A stretch of DNA of 64,000 bases, from positions 1,455 to 65,454 of the forward strand of contig MEIF01000004.1 of assembly GCA_001750645.1 (NCBI GenBank), written 5' to 3'. Under the pieces are notes generated by a model. It made no database searches. It was not told the DNA's origin and worked only from the letters and a program-made list of their open reading frames with translations. The first letter of the stretch is position 1. Each line of letters opens with the position of its first letter. Origin of the DNA: Gammaproteobacteria bacterium AqS3 (lineage in GTDB: Bacteria > Pseudomonadota > Gammaproteobacteria > MEIF01 > AqS3). Positions 1 to 15,000 of the stretch are shown in pieces. Position numbers and translations under genes: made by a program.

Positions 1-3000
1 TTGCAGCCCTGGCCGGACAGTCCCCCACGGCCTCGGCCCAGTCCCTGCCGGCGGTGAATTCATGCTTCCGTATCAATCAAAGCGTAGATAACGGCGTGAG
101 TACGACGGGCTTTACAAATGATTGCACCCGATCTGTAAAGGTCTCAGGCTACAGGGGCGCCGCTGGTGAAAGTTTCGGCCCCATAACGGTCGATGCCGGC
201 GGCACCTATCCCGGAACCAATTTGAGCAATGTGCATGCGTGTTTTGAGTACTACTACGCTGACGACACTTTTAGCCCTTACGAGACCTGTCCCAGAGGTG
301 TGAGCAATTACCCGACTCGCGATAAGTCTTTTGGGGAGTTCTTTTCCGCAGTTACAAGGAGGTCGAAGACCCTCCTTCCATATGTGAGTGAATATCATGA
401 GGATTCCAGGGCCACAATTCCTGTCCGCCTGTGGACCTTCCCTGACGACAACGTCACAGTCACGGTGCAGTATTACGTGCCCGATGATCAAAGGAACCGG
501 TTAAGACTCGATAACGATCCGAACACTCCGGGAGATCAGAACCCAGCTCTCACTTTCACTGCGGCAAATTGGGACCGATATCAGGATGTGCATCTCGTCT
601 TCATTCCAGACGATGATGCAGTCCAGGACAATACGAAAATCGGCTACACCATTACAGGCGGCGGTTTCACTGCATCTGGCGGTCAGATTTCTAACTTGAC
701 AGTGCGTGAAAGAAACACGGTGTCTCTGGTGACCAGCCCGACCACCCTGGATGTGGCGCAGGGCGGCACAGGCGCCTTCACGGTGAAGCTGGGCGTCAAA
801 CCGAAGGCGAGTGTGACGGTGACCATTGCCCAGCCGGCGTCGAGCACCGGCGTGTCGGTTGACACCACGCCGGGCAGCAGCGGCAACAGCAACACCCTGA
901 GGTTCACGCCCGAAAGCTGGAATGCCGAGCAGGCGGTGAGAGTCTTGGCCACCGGCAGCGCCCCCGTGCAGAGCGGCGCCGCCACCCTCAGCCTGAGCGG
1001 TCGTCTGACCCCGGTGCGCTCCAGCACGGTATCCGACGTCACCGGCAGCGTCGCTGTGAATGTCGGGAATGCCAATAACCAGCTGCTGCTCAGTACGACG
1101 CAGCTGCTGATAACCGAGGCGCAAAGCAGAACCTTTGATGTCAGGCTGGCCTCCCAGCCGAGCAGCGATGTGACTGTGGCGATCCGCGTGCAGCCGTCAA
1201 GCGCAGGAGTGACGGTCGACACCGATTCAGACACGGCGGGCAGCCAGACCGAGCTGGTCTTCACCGGCAGCAACTGGAATGACAATCAGACGGTGACTGT
1301 CTCTGCAGCCCATGACGATGACCGAAGCGACCATCTCGCGACCATTACGTTCACGACCTCGGGCAGCGGGGCGCCGTCGGCGAGCGGCGCCCAGGTCAGC
1401 GTCATTGTCGAGGACGATGACGACTCCATAGGCTCCGAACTCCCCGCCAATTGCGTTTCCGGCAATTACATAACGGGGCAGCCCGTCATCTTGACGAACC
1501 ACTGCCGGGATCAGGTGAAGGTGACGGGTTATTACTGGACCGGCAACACCGTTACCACGCTGCCGAGCAGCAAGAGGCGCATCAACTCCGGCGCCTCGGT
1601 CGAGTACGACTACGACACCATCTCACTGTGTGTTGATTACAACGACGCAAACGTTCAGCGCCAGACCGGCTATTCACCCTGTCCCACTCTGAGCAATGCC
1701 AACTACTCCCGACCGTCAAGAGCCTGGAGGGTGCGTTTTCCATCGACGATAACCAACCATGGCAGGGTGCCGGCCGCTCTGAAATTGTCCGTGTCCAGCT
1801 TCACGCTGGTCGAGGGGGAGTCAGGCCAGTTCAATATCGCTCTGGCGCTCCCGCCCGCCTCCGGCTCCGCCAACAACGTGACGGTCACCATTCCCCAGCC
1901 GCTGAACAGCACCGTGAGGTTTGACACCGATCCGTCCCGGAGCGGCGATCAGAACACCCTGACCTTCACCAGCGACAACTGGAGCCTGCCGCAGAGGGTC
2001 TACGTCCGATCCAGCGAGGACGACGATGCCGCGGAGATTTCCGAGACGATCACGCTGAGCGCCAGCGGCGGGGGGTCGGGCAACACCAGCTACGCCAATG
2101 TCACCGGCAGCCTGGCCCTCCGGGTGACCGAGACCGACACGGCGAGCCTGGATATCAGCTCGACCAGCCTGACCGTGGGGCAGGGCAACACGGACGGCTT
2201 CTCGGTGAGGCTGGGCGCAAAGCCGGTCTCGAATGTGACGCTGACCATTCCCCAGCCGGCGGCGAGCACCGGTGTCACTATCGACACCGAGCCGGGCATG
2301 ATCGACGATCAGAACACCCTGACCTTCACCCCCAGAAACTGGAATCTCGCGCGGGCGGTGAGGGTCTCGGCCTCCGACACTGCACCCGTGCAGAACAGCG
2401 CCGCCACCCTCAGCCTGACCGCCTCGGGTTCCGCTGAATACTCCAGCATGACCGGCAGCGTCAGCATCAGTGTCGGGAATATGTTCAGCCAGCTGATGGT
2501 CACACCGGCGGGGCTGGCGCTGATCGAGGGCGAAAAGCGCGCCTTCACGGTCAGTCTGGCCTCCCGGCCGCTCGGCGATGTGCGCGTGAGCATGAGTTTG
2601 TCCCCGTCGGACACTGATGTGATGATCGACGCCGATCCGGTTGAGAACGATGCCCAGGTCGAGCTGACCCTGAACGACAGCAACTGGAATACCGGTCAGA
2701 TGGTGACCGTCCTTGCGGGGCATGACAGTGACCAAGACGACGATGCCGCGACCATTTCGTTCTCGGCTGTCGGCAGGAATGCACCCTCGGGGATGGGCAC
2801 CGAGGTCAGCGTCATCGTGACGGACGATGACTTCGACCCAATGCCCCGGCTGCCCGCTGACTGCGTAACCATTGCAGCCGGCAATCTCCGCAACACCTGC
2901 CCGGAGGAGATGGCGATTGAGGGCTATTCTGCCAGCAGCAATAATCAAACACAGCGGATTACGGGTGCCAATGCCTCCATTCCCGGCGGCGGCAGCCGCA

Positions 3001-6000
3001 GCATTGCGACCCAGGGCGTGCACGCCTGCATTCAATACAGGGACGCAGCCCTGCAGAGCGCCACCGGCTACGGATCCTGCCCCGATGCCGGCAACAGCGG
3101 CAACTATTCGCTCAGCGCCCCGGATGCCGCCCCGATCATTTACTTCCCGTCGACCAGGCCGACAAATCTGGGCGGACCTATCCGAGCCGGCGCCGGCCTG
3201 AAGCTGTCCCTGACCAGCATCACGCTGGTGGAGGGCGAGTCAAACGAGTTCAATGTCAGCCTGACCTCCCCGCCGGCCAGCGGCTCGGCCAACAATGTGA
3301 CGGTGACCATTCCCCAGCCGTCGGATGGCAGCGTGAAGTTTGACACCAACACGTCTCAGAGCGGCGATCAGAACACCCTGACCTTCACCAGCGACAACTG
3401 GAGCCGGCCGCAGAGTGTCAGGGTCACCACCCGCGCTGACGGCGATGCCCTGCCGGTCTCTGAGACCATCACGCTGACCGCCAGCGGCGGCGGATCGGGC
3501 AACTCAAGCTATGCCGGCGTCACCCGGAACCTGACGCTCCGGGTGACTGAAACGCACCGTGCCGGGCTGATCGTCAACCCGGAAGACCTGCAGGCGCCAA
3601 AAAATTCCAACAGCACCTTCACGGTGCGGCTGACAGCGCTGCCAAGTGCCAATGTGACGGTGAATGTGTCCGAGCCCACCGGCTTCGTCATCGACACCGA
3701 CGGGACTTCGGGAGGCGCCAGACCGAAACAGCTGACCTTCACGACCGACAACTGGAGCGACCCGCAGACGGTGCTCCTCTTTCCCACCCTTTCTGCACCG
3801 CTGGGCAACAACGTCGCCACCGTCAACCTCTCCGCCTCGGGCGCCGGCGAGTACGCCGGAGTCACCGGCAGCATGACGGTTGATGTCGGGGAGGCGCCTT
3901 CCGCGGTGAGTGTCGGCCCCCAAAATATGCTGACCGTCACCGAGGGGCAGAAGGGAAGTTTCTATGTCGTATTGACCCGGCAGCCGACCGGCGATGTGCG
4001 GGTGAGGCTCAGGAGGACGAGCGGCAACTCCAAGGTATTCGCCGACGCCGATCCGCTCCAGCAGGGCACGCAGGGCACGCTGATCTTCACGAGGGACAAC
4101 TGGGCCATCAGGCAGACGGTGTCGGTATTCGTCGACCACGACGACGACGCCAACCCCCCCGACCCCGCGACTGCGGAACTGACGCTGACCCCCTCGGGCG
4201 GCGGGGTCGACACCCAGGCGCCTATTGTGGTCGTGACCGTCAGGGAGGATGACTTCGAGGCAACCCCCTCTGCGTCCACCTGTTTCACTGTTCCGGGAAG
4301 CAGTACTGGCAATTTCGAGAACAGCTGCGCTCACGCCGTCAAGTTTGTGGGAAGTTACATAATTCCGTCGACAGGTAACGTGTCGCAATTTAGTTTGACA
4401 TGGGCTCCCGGCAGTACAGGTGCCATTTACCCCAATGCAAATGCGTGCATTCAGTACAGGGACGACAGCATCCAGCGTGACACCGGCTTTGGACTGTGCC
4501 CCGCCCGCACCAATCAGAACTACACGCCGACCGATCCTCCGACGTACTACTTCCCATCGACCCGGCCCACGAACCTTGGCGGCCCCATCAGAGCGACTGC
4601 CGGATTCAGGGATCTGCCCTCGACGTTCACGGTGGATGAGGGCGAGACCGGCCAGCTCAATGTCCGGCTGACCACCCCGCCCGGCGACGACGTGACGGTG
4701 ACCCTGGCCCAGCCGGCGGCCAGCACCGGCGTGAATGTCTACACCGGCAAGGCGGCGGGGGGTCAGAACACCCTGACCTTCACCGATGACAACTGGGGCA
4801 CGACCCAGACTTTCTTCATCGAAACCGAGGATGACGACACGGCCGATCAGCAGGCCAACGTGACCCTCAGCTTTTCGGCCTCCGGCGGGGGCGGCACGAA
4901 CGGGATCAGCTACGCCGGCGTCAGCGACACCGTGACGCTGGTCGTGCGCGAGAAGAACGCCGCCGATTTTGTGCTCAGCACCGGAGACACCGGCCTTGAT
5001 CTGATCAAGGGCGGCAGCAATACCTTCACCGTGCGGCTGGCGTCGAAGCCGACTGCGAATCTCACGGCGACCCTGGTGCAGCCGCCGGCGAGCACCGGCG
5101 TGACGCTCGACACCGACCCGGACACGGACGACGACCAGAACACCCTGGCCTTCACGACCGGCAATTGGAATGCCGCACAGACGGTGACCGTCAGCGCCGC
5201 CGGCAATGCCCCCGTCAACAACAACGTGAACATTGCACTCAGCGCCGCCGGCGCCGCTGAATACGCTTCCGCCACCGGCAGCGTCATCGTCGCTGTGCGG
5301 GAGCCGGATGTCACGCTGGTGCTCAGCAAGACCTCGGTGGACGTGGCCGAGGGCGGCCAGGGCAGCTTCACCGTCAGGCTGAGCGAGCGCCCGGCGGGCA
5401 GTGTCACGCTGACGGCGACCCAGCCGAGCAACACCGATGTCACCGTCGATGTCGACGACGAGGTCAAGGGTGATCAGACCACGCTGACCTTCACGAGGGA
5501 CAACTGGGACACCGCGCGGACGGTGACCGTCGCCGCCGCCCACGACGCCGATGAGTTCTCCGACAGCGCCACCGTCGCCCTGGCGATCACGGGCGACAGC
5601 GTCCAGGTCGGCGTGTCCGTGACGGACGACGACTTCTCCTCGGTGGGGGAGAGCCTGTCGGAGCTGGGATGCCTTAGCCACGAGATCAAGCGGGAGAGCG
5701 GTGGCAGGCTAGACATGAAGTTGGACAACAACTGCACCCGCACTGTGTATTACAAGGGCTATGTGACCGGCCACTCAAGGATCCCCAACCGCTCGTTAAA
5801 TGCAAGTCTCAAGCCGGGTGCGTCTGTACAATTTGCAGCAGTTTATGGAAGGGTTTGCGCCCAGTTTTCCGACGAGGAGCAGCGCAACTCCGGCTATGGC
5901 ACCTGCCCGTATGGCCAATATTCCAACTACAACGAACCCTCATTCCCCACGCCTCCCGTATTCGCTCTCCCGGCCAAGCTGAGCGCCGGCTTCAGGGATC

Positions 6001-9000
6001 TCCCCTCAAGCATCACGGTGGCCGAGGGGTCGACCGGCCAGTTCAGCGTCAGGCTGACCACCTCGCCCAGGCAGAATGCGGGCGATGCCAATGTGATGGT
6101 GACCATTGCCCAGCCGGCGGCGAGCACCGGCCTGAGGGTCGACACCGACCCCAGCACGCCGGGCGACCAGAACACCCTGACCTTCAGCGGCGACAACTGG
6201 AGCACGACCCAGAGCGTGTATGTCAGGTCCACCGATGACGACGATGCCGTCATGCAGCCCGACGTGAGGCTCGACCTGAGCGCCAGCGGCGGGGGGTCGG
6301 GCGACTACAGCTACGCCGGCGCCACCGGCAGCGTCGACGTTAGCGTGCAGGAGAGCGACAGAGCCCTCTTTGTCCTCTCTGCGGAACGTGTGACCGTATC
6401 CCAGGGCCAGATCGCAACCTTCAGTGTGAGGCTGAGCTCACAGCCGTCCGAGACTGTCACGGCAACCCTGGCCCAGCCGTCCGCAGCCGCCGGCGTGATG
6501 ATCGACACCGCCCCGAGCATGAGCGGCCTGGACAACACCCTGACCTTCACCAGAAACAACTGGAACGCCGTGCAGAATGTGACCGTTCTGGCCGAAGCCG
6601 ACGCCATTGCCGGCAGCAACGTCGCGGTCGTCGCCCTCAGCACCTCGGGCGCCGACGAATACGCCGACACCACAGCCAGCCTCTCGGTCAGCGTTGAGGA
6701 ATCATCTCTCGCCGTGCAGATCTCCCCGCGGAGGCTGACCGTTCAGGAGGGCGGGACGGCAACCTTCACGATCCGCACCAGCGCGCCGCCGTCCCAGCAG
6801 GCGAGCAGCACCGTGGCCTGGAGCACTCCCGCCGGCGCCGATGTGACGGTGCTCGCCGCAGGCGGCGATGAGGAGGTGACCATCAACCAGACCAACTGGA
6901 GCACGGAGCAGGTCGTGACGGTCTCTGCGCCGCACGACAGCGACGGGCTCGACGAGCGCATCTTCCTCCGCTTCAGCGGCACCAACGAGCTGGCCGGCAT
7001 CAACGGCGCCATCGATATCATCGTCGAGGACGATGAGGACTACAGCATCACCGTCTCGCCTGATGAGTGGGTGATGTCCGAGGGCACCGTGCTTCGGGGC
7101 TCGGGCGGACAGTCGACCACCACGCAGCTCGATGGCGTGCGAATCAGCCTGTCGGAAGCCGGCAACTTCCAGCTTCACCTTGACCCGCATCCCGCCAACC
7201 CCGCATTGCTCAAGGTCGGCGATGACGATGACGGGGTTCTCCTGTCATTCAGCAGCGCCAATGCAACCACACCCCGGAGCCTCAAAGAATTGGCGAGCGC
7301 CGGCGGGGGGGCCAGTTCCGCCGTGATACTGGAGGCGCTTGACGACAGCAACACCGCCGATGAAACCTATACCCTGACCATCAGAGGCAGGGACAGCTTC
7401 GCCGGCGCCGGCAGCTTTTCCGGCATCAGCAGGGAGGTCAAGCTGACCGTGCTCGACGACGACATCGGCGTCGTCGATGTGTCGACGGAGAGCCTCACAT
7501 TGACCGAGGGCGACACGACCGACAGCACCCTGATGGTGCGGCTGAGGAACCAGCCGAGCGCCAATACCAGCGTCCAGGTCGAGCTTGAGGACGACGCCAA
7601 CCAGGGCACGGCGCCCACCCTGGTCTCGGCGTCGGGAACGCTGAGCCTGACCTTCACGACCGACAACTGGAGCAGGCCGCAGAGCGTGGGGATCGCCGTG
7701 GCGGAGGACACCGACCTCCTGGACTACCAGGGCACCATCAAGCTGACCGCGAGCAACTCCTCCAACGACACCTTCAGAGACGGCGAGGTGCGCCTGATCG
7801 TTCAGGACAACGACGACATCGAGCTGGCGGTGTCGGAGGATGAGCTGACCATCGAGGAGGGCGACTTCGCGACCTTTACGATCCAGCTGGAGGACGACCC
7901 CGGCGGCGACAGGACGGTCATGCTGGAATCCAGCAACTCCGATGTCACGTTCAGGCCGGCCTCGCTGAAATTCGACCGGGACGACTGGGACGATCCCCAG
8001 ACCGTGCGCATCAGCGTGGCCCAGGACAGCGACACCGAGGACGAAACCGCCGAAGTCGACATCACCGGCGACAGGCTTGAATCCGCATCGCTGACGGTGA
8101 CGATCAGCGACGATGAGAACTTCCCGCTGACCCTGTCTCGTGCGGCGCTGAATCTCACCGAGGGGACGAGCGAGAACTTTACGGTGAGCTACGACGAGGA
8201 CCCCGGAAGCAGCGGTGTGACGTTTGCCCTGTCGTCCAACGACTCCGCTTCCGCCATCACGATCAGCCCGACCACGCTGACCTTCACCAGCGGCAACTGG
8301 GAGACTCCGCAGACCGTCACGCTCACCGCAGCCGAGGACGCCGACGAGGAGGACGCCAGCGAGCGCATCGACCTCACCCTCAGCGCTGTCGCCTCGGCAT
8401 CGGCGGTGGCCTCGGTGGAGGTGTCCATATTCGACAACGACGGCACCCCGATGACCGCGACCCCCACCACACTGGCCTTGGCCGAGGGTGCAGACGGAAC
8501 CTTCACTGTCCGGCCGCAGTCGGATCCGGGGGGCAGCCTGACCGTCAATGTCACCTCGGACAACGCCGATGTCACGGTCGACACGGATGCCGTCGCGGCC
8601 GGCAGTCAGACCTCGCTGACCTTTGACAGCTCCAACTGGACCACCGCCCGCACTGTGAGCGTCACCGCCGGCCATGACGCCGACCGCAGCAATGACACCG
8701 CCAATGTTGTCGTCAACGCCATCGGCGCTGTGGCCGCCATCGTGGTGGTGAGCGTCACCGATGACGACCCCCTGGGGCTGGAACTGTCCGCCTCGAGCGT
8801 GGACATCGTCGAGGAGGGCACGGAGAGCATCACGGTGCGCCTCGACAAGCAGCCCAGCGACACTGTGGTGATCGGGTTCACCGCCGACAGTGCCGACCTC
8901 ACATTCGAGAGCGGCAACCCGATGACCTTCAACTCCGGCAACTGGAGCGTCATGCAGACCCTGACCTTCAGTGCCGCCCGGGACAGCGACATGACGGACG

Positions 9001-12000
9001 ACTCGATTTCCGTGACGGCCGCCTGCGACACCGGACGCAGCGACGACTGCACCGGCGTCAGCGGTGACAGCTTCACCGTCGAGGTGGACGAGGTCGTCAA
9101 GCCGGTGCTGTCCGATGAGGAGCTGCAGATCAGGGAGGGGCAGAGTGCGACGTTCATGGTCAGGCTTGACCAGCAGCCGGCGGGCAACGTCAATGCAATC
9201 TACAACCTGAGAACCGACAGCAGCGCCATCGACCTCAACCCCGGCTCGCTGGAGTTCACCTCGGCCAACTGGGGAGACGATCAGCCCATCACCATCACCA
9301 CCACCGAGGACGCCACAAAGGACGACGCCGGCACCGAGATCAGGCTGGAAGGCACCGACGGGCGCTCCGCCGGGGCATCGATCAGCCTGCAGCTCTACGA
9401 CGACGACATCGGCCTCACTGCCCCCGCGCGGCTCACGGTCAGTGAGGACGACTCGGAGGTCTTCAACGTGGTCATGGACACCGAGCCGCTCTGGGGCAGG
9501 ACGGTCAACCTGAGATCCGACAGCAGCGCCGTCACGGTGACGAACGCCCAGAGCGCCACCCAGTCAACCACACTCACATTCACGCCCGACGACTGGAACG
9601 TCGCCCAGGGCGTGCAGGTCAGCGCCGCCCGGGACAATAACTCGGCCAACGAAACCGCAACGGTCACGCTCGGCGAGGCGAACGGATACCTGCAGTCGGC
9701 CTCGGTCGGGGTCACCGTGGAGGACAACTACTCCAGGCTCATCATCGTTGAGCCCACCGAGATCGATGCCCCGGAGGGCGAAACCCTTGTCTCATCCAGC
9801 GAATTCCCCCTGACAGTCAGGCTGTCGGACCGGCCCTCGGGCAATGTCAGGGTCAGGCTGGTCGAGGCCGCCGACAACCCCGCAGGACTCACGATCGGTC
9901 CCCGGGGCAATGGGATCACCATGAACTTCAGCCCGAGCGACTGGGAGACTCCGAAGAGCTTCAGCCTGGGCGGCGTCAACACCATCAGGCTGTCGGAGGA
10001 GAACGCCGACAGCCAGGACACGGACTATGACCTGATCGTGCAAAACGAGACCGGATCCGGGCTGGTTGACGACTACGAGGGGGCGGTCTCGGAAACCGTC
10101 ACCCTGACCGTGCTGGACAACGACGCATCAAGGCCGGTGCTGCCCAGTGCTGCGGTCGCTGTCAGCGAGGGCGGCACTGCGGAATTCGGGATCCGGCTCG
10201 ACAGAAGCCCGGGCGCCGCCGGCCTGACGGTGACGCTGACGCAGCCGAGCAACACCGATGTGACGATAGACACCGACCCCGGCACACCGGGCGACCAGCT
10301 CACGCTGAACTTCACGGCCTCCACCTTTGGCACTCCCCAGGCCGTGACCGTCACCGCCGGCCAGGATGACGACGCCCTGGACGACATGGCCGAAATCGGC
10401 ATCAGCCCCTTCGCACTCAGCGCCGGCGCCAGGGACGATTCAATCTCCGTGATCGTCGACGACGACGAGGTCGGCTTTGTCCTGTCGAGCGACGCCCTGA
10501 TGGTGGACGAGGGCGCCTCGACCAACTTCTCTGTCGCACTCAGCCGATCCCCCGGAAGCGACAAGACCGTCACCCTGGGCACGGCACACCCCGACCTCAC
10601 GCTCAGCTCGACCACGCTGGAGTTCACCTCGGGCAACTGGAGCACCGCCCAGAGCGTGACGCTCAACGTCGCCCAGGACCCCGATGCCGCCGACGAAACC
10701 GCCGAGATCAGCTTCTCCGCCCAGGATGTCGTGGGGCGCTCGCTGCCGGTGTCGATTGACGACGACGAAGTCCTGGGCATCATCACCACCGGCGGCCCGC
10801 TGGAGATAGAAGAGGGACAGAACGGAACCTTCACGGTCAGGCTGAGTCAGGATCCGAGCCTGGACACCACGGTGTTGCTGCAATCCGACAACACCGAAGT
10901 CACGATCAGCCCGACAACGCTCGACTTCACCTCGGCCAACTGGCAGACGCCCCGGACCGTGACCGTCACCACCGTCGAGGATGAGGATGCCCTGGAGGAT
11001 AAGGCGCAGATCAGCCTGACGGCCGAGGGCTCAGGGGCGCTGCCGAGTGCACTGTCGGTCACCGTGCTCGACAATGACGGGGTCAACCTGGTCTTCACCG
11101 GGACGCCGGTGACGGTGCAGGAGGGCGGCCTGAAGGAGTTCACGGTCGTCCTGGACGCCAACCCGACAGTCACCACCTTAATGCGCTTCGACGTGAGCGG
11201 CGACGCTGACGTGCGGATTGACCGGAGAAGCTACGCCTTCGGCGCCGCCAACTGGAATCAGCCCATCACCATAACGGTCAGCGCCGCCAATGACAGCGAC
11301 ACGGACAACGACACTGCCGAGATCCTCTTCACCGGCCCGGGGGTCGGAGAGCGGAGGGTGTCCGTGACGGTCGAGGACAAAGATTCCCTGGCCTTCGTCG
11401 TGGAGGCGCCGCAATCGCCGCTGGAGCTGGACGAGGGCGCCTCCAAGGAGTTCGAGGTCAGGCTGAGCGCCCGCCCCCCCGGCGACATCAATGTGGTCCT
11501 GGTCTCCGACAACTCCGACATCACGCTCACCCCCGCCGCGCTCTCCTTCGATGTCAACAACTGGCAGGCCAATCAGTCCGTCAGGGTCATCGCCGGGCAG
11601 GACAACGATGCCGGGCCGGACAGTGCCACCATCAGTCTGACGGCTGACGGTGTGGCCGACGCCTCGCTGAGCGTGGAGGTGGAGGACGACGAGGCCAATA
11701 CGCTCGACCTCGTCGTGTCGAGAGCCAGCGTGCTTGTCGAGGAGGGCGCCACCGCCACCTTCACCGTCGCCCTGAACACCAGCTATGGCGAAAGCGACTT
11801 CGTCGTGACGCTGGCCCAGCCGGAGGCATCGCAGAACAGCGATGTCACGTTCAGCCCGACAGAGCTGACCTTCGCCGGGGACAGCTGGAACACGCCGCAG
11901 ACCGTCACGGTCACTGCCGCCCAGGACGACAATGCGGTGGACGACGAGGCGACCATCGTGCTGACCGCACCGGATCCGGTCCAGTCCGAGAGGGTGATCG

Positions 12001-15000
12001 TGAGCGTCGATGACGACGAGACCCAGGGGGTGGTGGCCAACCCCGAATCGGTGTCGATCAGCGAGGGCGAGCAGGGGACCTTCGGGGTTCGGCTGGTCAT
12101 TGATCCGGGGGTCGATACGAGTGTCAGTCTGATCGTCAGCGACCCGAGCATTGTCACGGCTGACACCGATGCCGACACCCCGGGCAACCAGATCACGCTG
12201 GACTTCACCGCCGGCGATGACGGCAACTGGAACAGGCTGCAGACCGTCACGGTCACCGCCGCCAGTGACGATGACGCCGCAGACGAGTCGGCCATCATCC
12301 GCCTCATCGCCGCCAGTGAGGGTGTTGCACCCTTTGAGGTCGAAATCTCGGTGGACGACACCGACGTGCTTGGATTCAACCTGCCCGAGCAGCCCTCAAA
12401 CAGCCCGCTGCCGCAGATTACCGAGGGCACCCAGCAGACCTTTGACGTCTCGCTGAGCCTCGACCCGGGCGTCACCAAGACGGTCACCGTCGAGCCCAGC
12501 ACGCCCAGCATCACCGTCAGCCCGACGACGCTGACCTTCACCCCGGACAACTGGGATGCCGAACAGACGATCACGATCACCGCACCCGAGGATGCCGACG
12601 CCAGCGGCGACACGGTGAGCATCAACCTGACGGCGCCGGGCGTGGAAAGCGGCGTCTACAGCGTGGAAGTGGTCGACAACGACTCCACCTTTGTCGTGGA
12701 GCCGGGGTCGCCCTCGGTGAACGAGGGCGGCACCTCCTCTTTCACGGTCGCCCTGAGCCTGCAGCCGGCCGGCAATCAGAGGGCGACCCTGCGCTCGGGC
12801 AGCTCCAAATTCGATTTCAGTCCCACCTCCCTGAGGTTCACGACGGACAACTGGAACCAGCCTCAGAGGATCACGGTCAACGGCCTCGAGGATAACGACG
12901 CCGAAAACGATAGCGGCACAATCGAACTGTCGGCGTCGGGTGTGGTCGACAGCGAAGTGATTGTTGAGGTGGTCGACGATGAGGTCGCCTTTGTCCTGGA
13001 GCCGAGCCGAGTGCCGGTGAAGGAGGGCGCCACGGCCAGCTTCCAGGTCAGGCTGAATCGCTTCCCCGGCAGCGATCAGTCCGTCACGCTGACCCCCAGC
13101 AACTCGAAAATCACGGTCAGCCCGGACAGCGCTGAGTTCACGACCAGCAACTGGAACGTCCTCCAAAGATTCACCATCACGTCGATTGCTGATGATGATT
13201 CCCAAGATGAAAACCTGGTTGTCGACCTGAGTGCATCGGGCGTGCTGGGTGCATCCCTGCTGGTGAGTGTCGAAGACAACGATACCGCCGGGATCACAAC
13301 GTCCGAGGACACGCTGCTGCTCAATGAGGGAGAGAGCCAAACCTTCAACGTGGTGCTCACTGCCGAGCCCACCGGGGACGTGACGGTGTCACTGTCAAGC
13401 AGCGACCCGTCCGTGTCGGCATTGCCCCTCAGCCTGGTCTTCGATGCAGGGAACTGGAACAGGCCCCAGACCGTGACGGTCACCGCCGTCGACGATGACG
13501 ACGCCGTAGACCCGGGGCGCGTGACGATCACGCTGAGCGCCGCCGGCGGAGGCTTTGACGGTGAGTCCAGCGAAGTGAGCGTGACGGTGACGGACAACGA
13601 TGAAAGGGGTCTGGACCTGCCCGAGGATGCGGTCAGCGTCCGTGAGGAGGGCGCCCCCGCCACCTTTGCAGCCAAACTGAAGACGCGGCCCAGCGAGGAG
13701 GTCATCCTGACCTTTGTGCAGCCGGAAAACACCGATGTGACCGTCGACACCGACACCGTCGCCGACGGTCTGCAGAACACCCTGACTTTCACGACCGACA
13801 ACTGGAACACCGAGCAGATGGTCACCGTGCTGGCCGGACACGATGACGATGCCGTCAACGACACCGCCACCATTAATGTGACGGCCAGCGGCGGTGACTA
13901 CAGCTTTGATGTCAGCGGCCAGATCAGCGTCGAGGTCACCGATGACGACATCGCCGACATCACCCTGATCGGCACTGGCGGCGTCAACCTGTACGAGGGC
14001 CAGATCGCATACTTCTCGGTGCAGCTGACCACACTGCCCTCCACTGACATCGAGATCCGGATTGCCAGCGATGACGAGTTTGCGGTCAGCACCAGTTCCG
14101 GGGCGGTCGGCAACCCGGAGAGCGTTGATTCATACATCATCGAGTTCACTGACTCCAACTGGAACATCCCGCAGCGGGTGCAGCTTTCGGCCGCCCGGGA
14201 TGCCGACCGCAACGACGAGGAGGTGATCATTACGGTATCGGCTCAGGGCGCTGAGTACTCCGGCGTGTCCAAGAGGTTCAGGGTGACGGTCAAGGACGAC
14301 GACGCCAGCGCCCGCCCGGAGCGGGAGCGCCAGGCGGCCAAGCTGGTGCTGGCCGAGATTGCCAGCGCCATCCACTCCTCGACCAGCGACGCCATCAGCC
14401 TGCGCTTTGACAGCTCGCGGGACGAGCGCAGCGCCACCGTGGCGGGGCACCAGATCGCCCTCGACCGCTCGCTCACCAGCGACCTGGCCGCTGGCTTTGC
14501 CGGTCGTGCCGGGGCCCAGGACACCTCGCTGGGGCGCTTTGCCGATGACCGCTTCGGCGCCGACCGCTTCGGCAGCGACTGGCTCGGCGGCGTCCCGCTG
14601 CAGGACGGCCGCCCGCTGCGCTCCGGCGACACGGGCGGGGGCTCGGGCCCGAACCGCGCCGCCCTGCTCAGCAGCTTCTCCTACGCCATAACCCCGCTCC
14701 CGCTCGGCGGCGGCAACCCGGGCTGGTCGATCTGGGGACGCGCCGACAGCCGCGAGTTCTCCGGGATCGTCGACGGCATCGATTACGACGGCATGCAGAC
14801 CAACGCCTGGATCGGCTTTGACCGCCGCGCCGACAGCGGCATCCTGTTCGGGCTGGCCTTCTCGTCGGCCAACGGCGACGCCGACTACACCCTCGACTCG
14901 TTCAACGCCAGCCTTGAGACCAACATGTCCACCGTGCTGCCCTACATCGAGGTCACCACCGACACCGGGGCGAGCGGGCGCATGATGCTCGGCATCGGCA

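Noticed and set aside
54-5975. Adhesin Cys modules as DGR variable regions
   Set aside because: No near-identical template repeat or RT is visible, and the modules differ at all base types and by indels.
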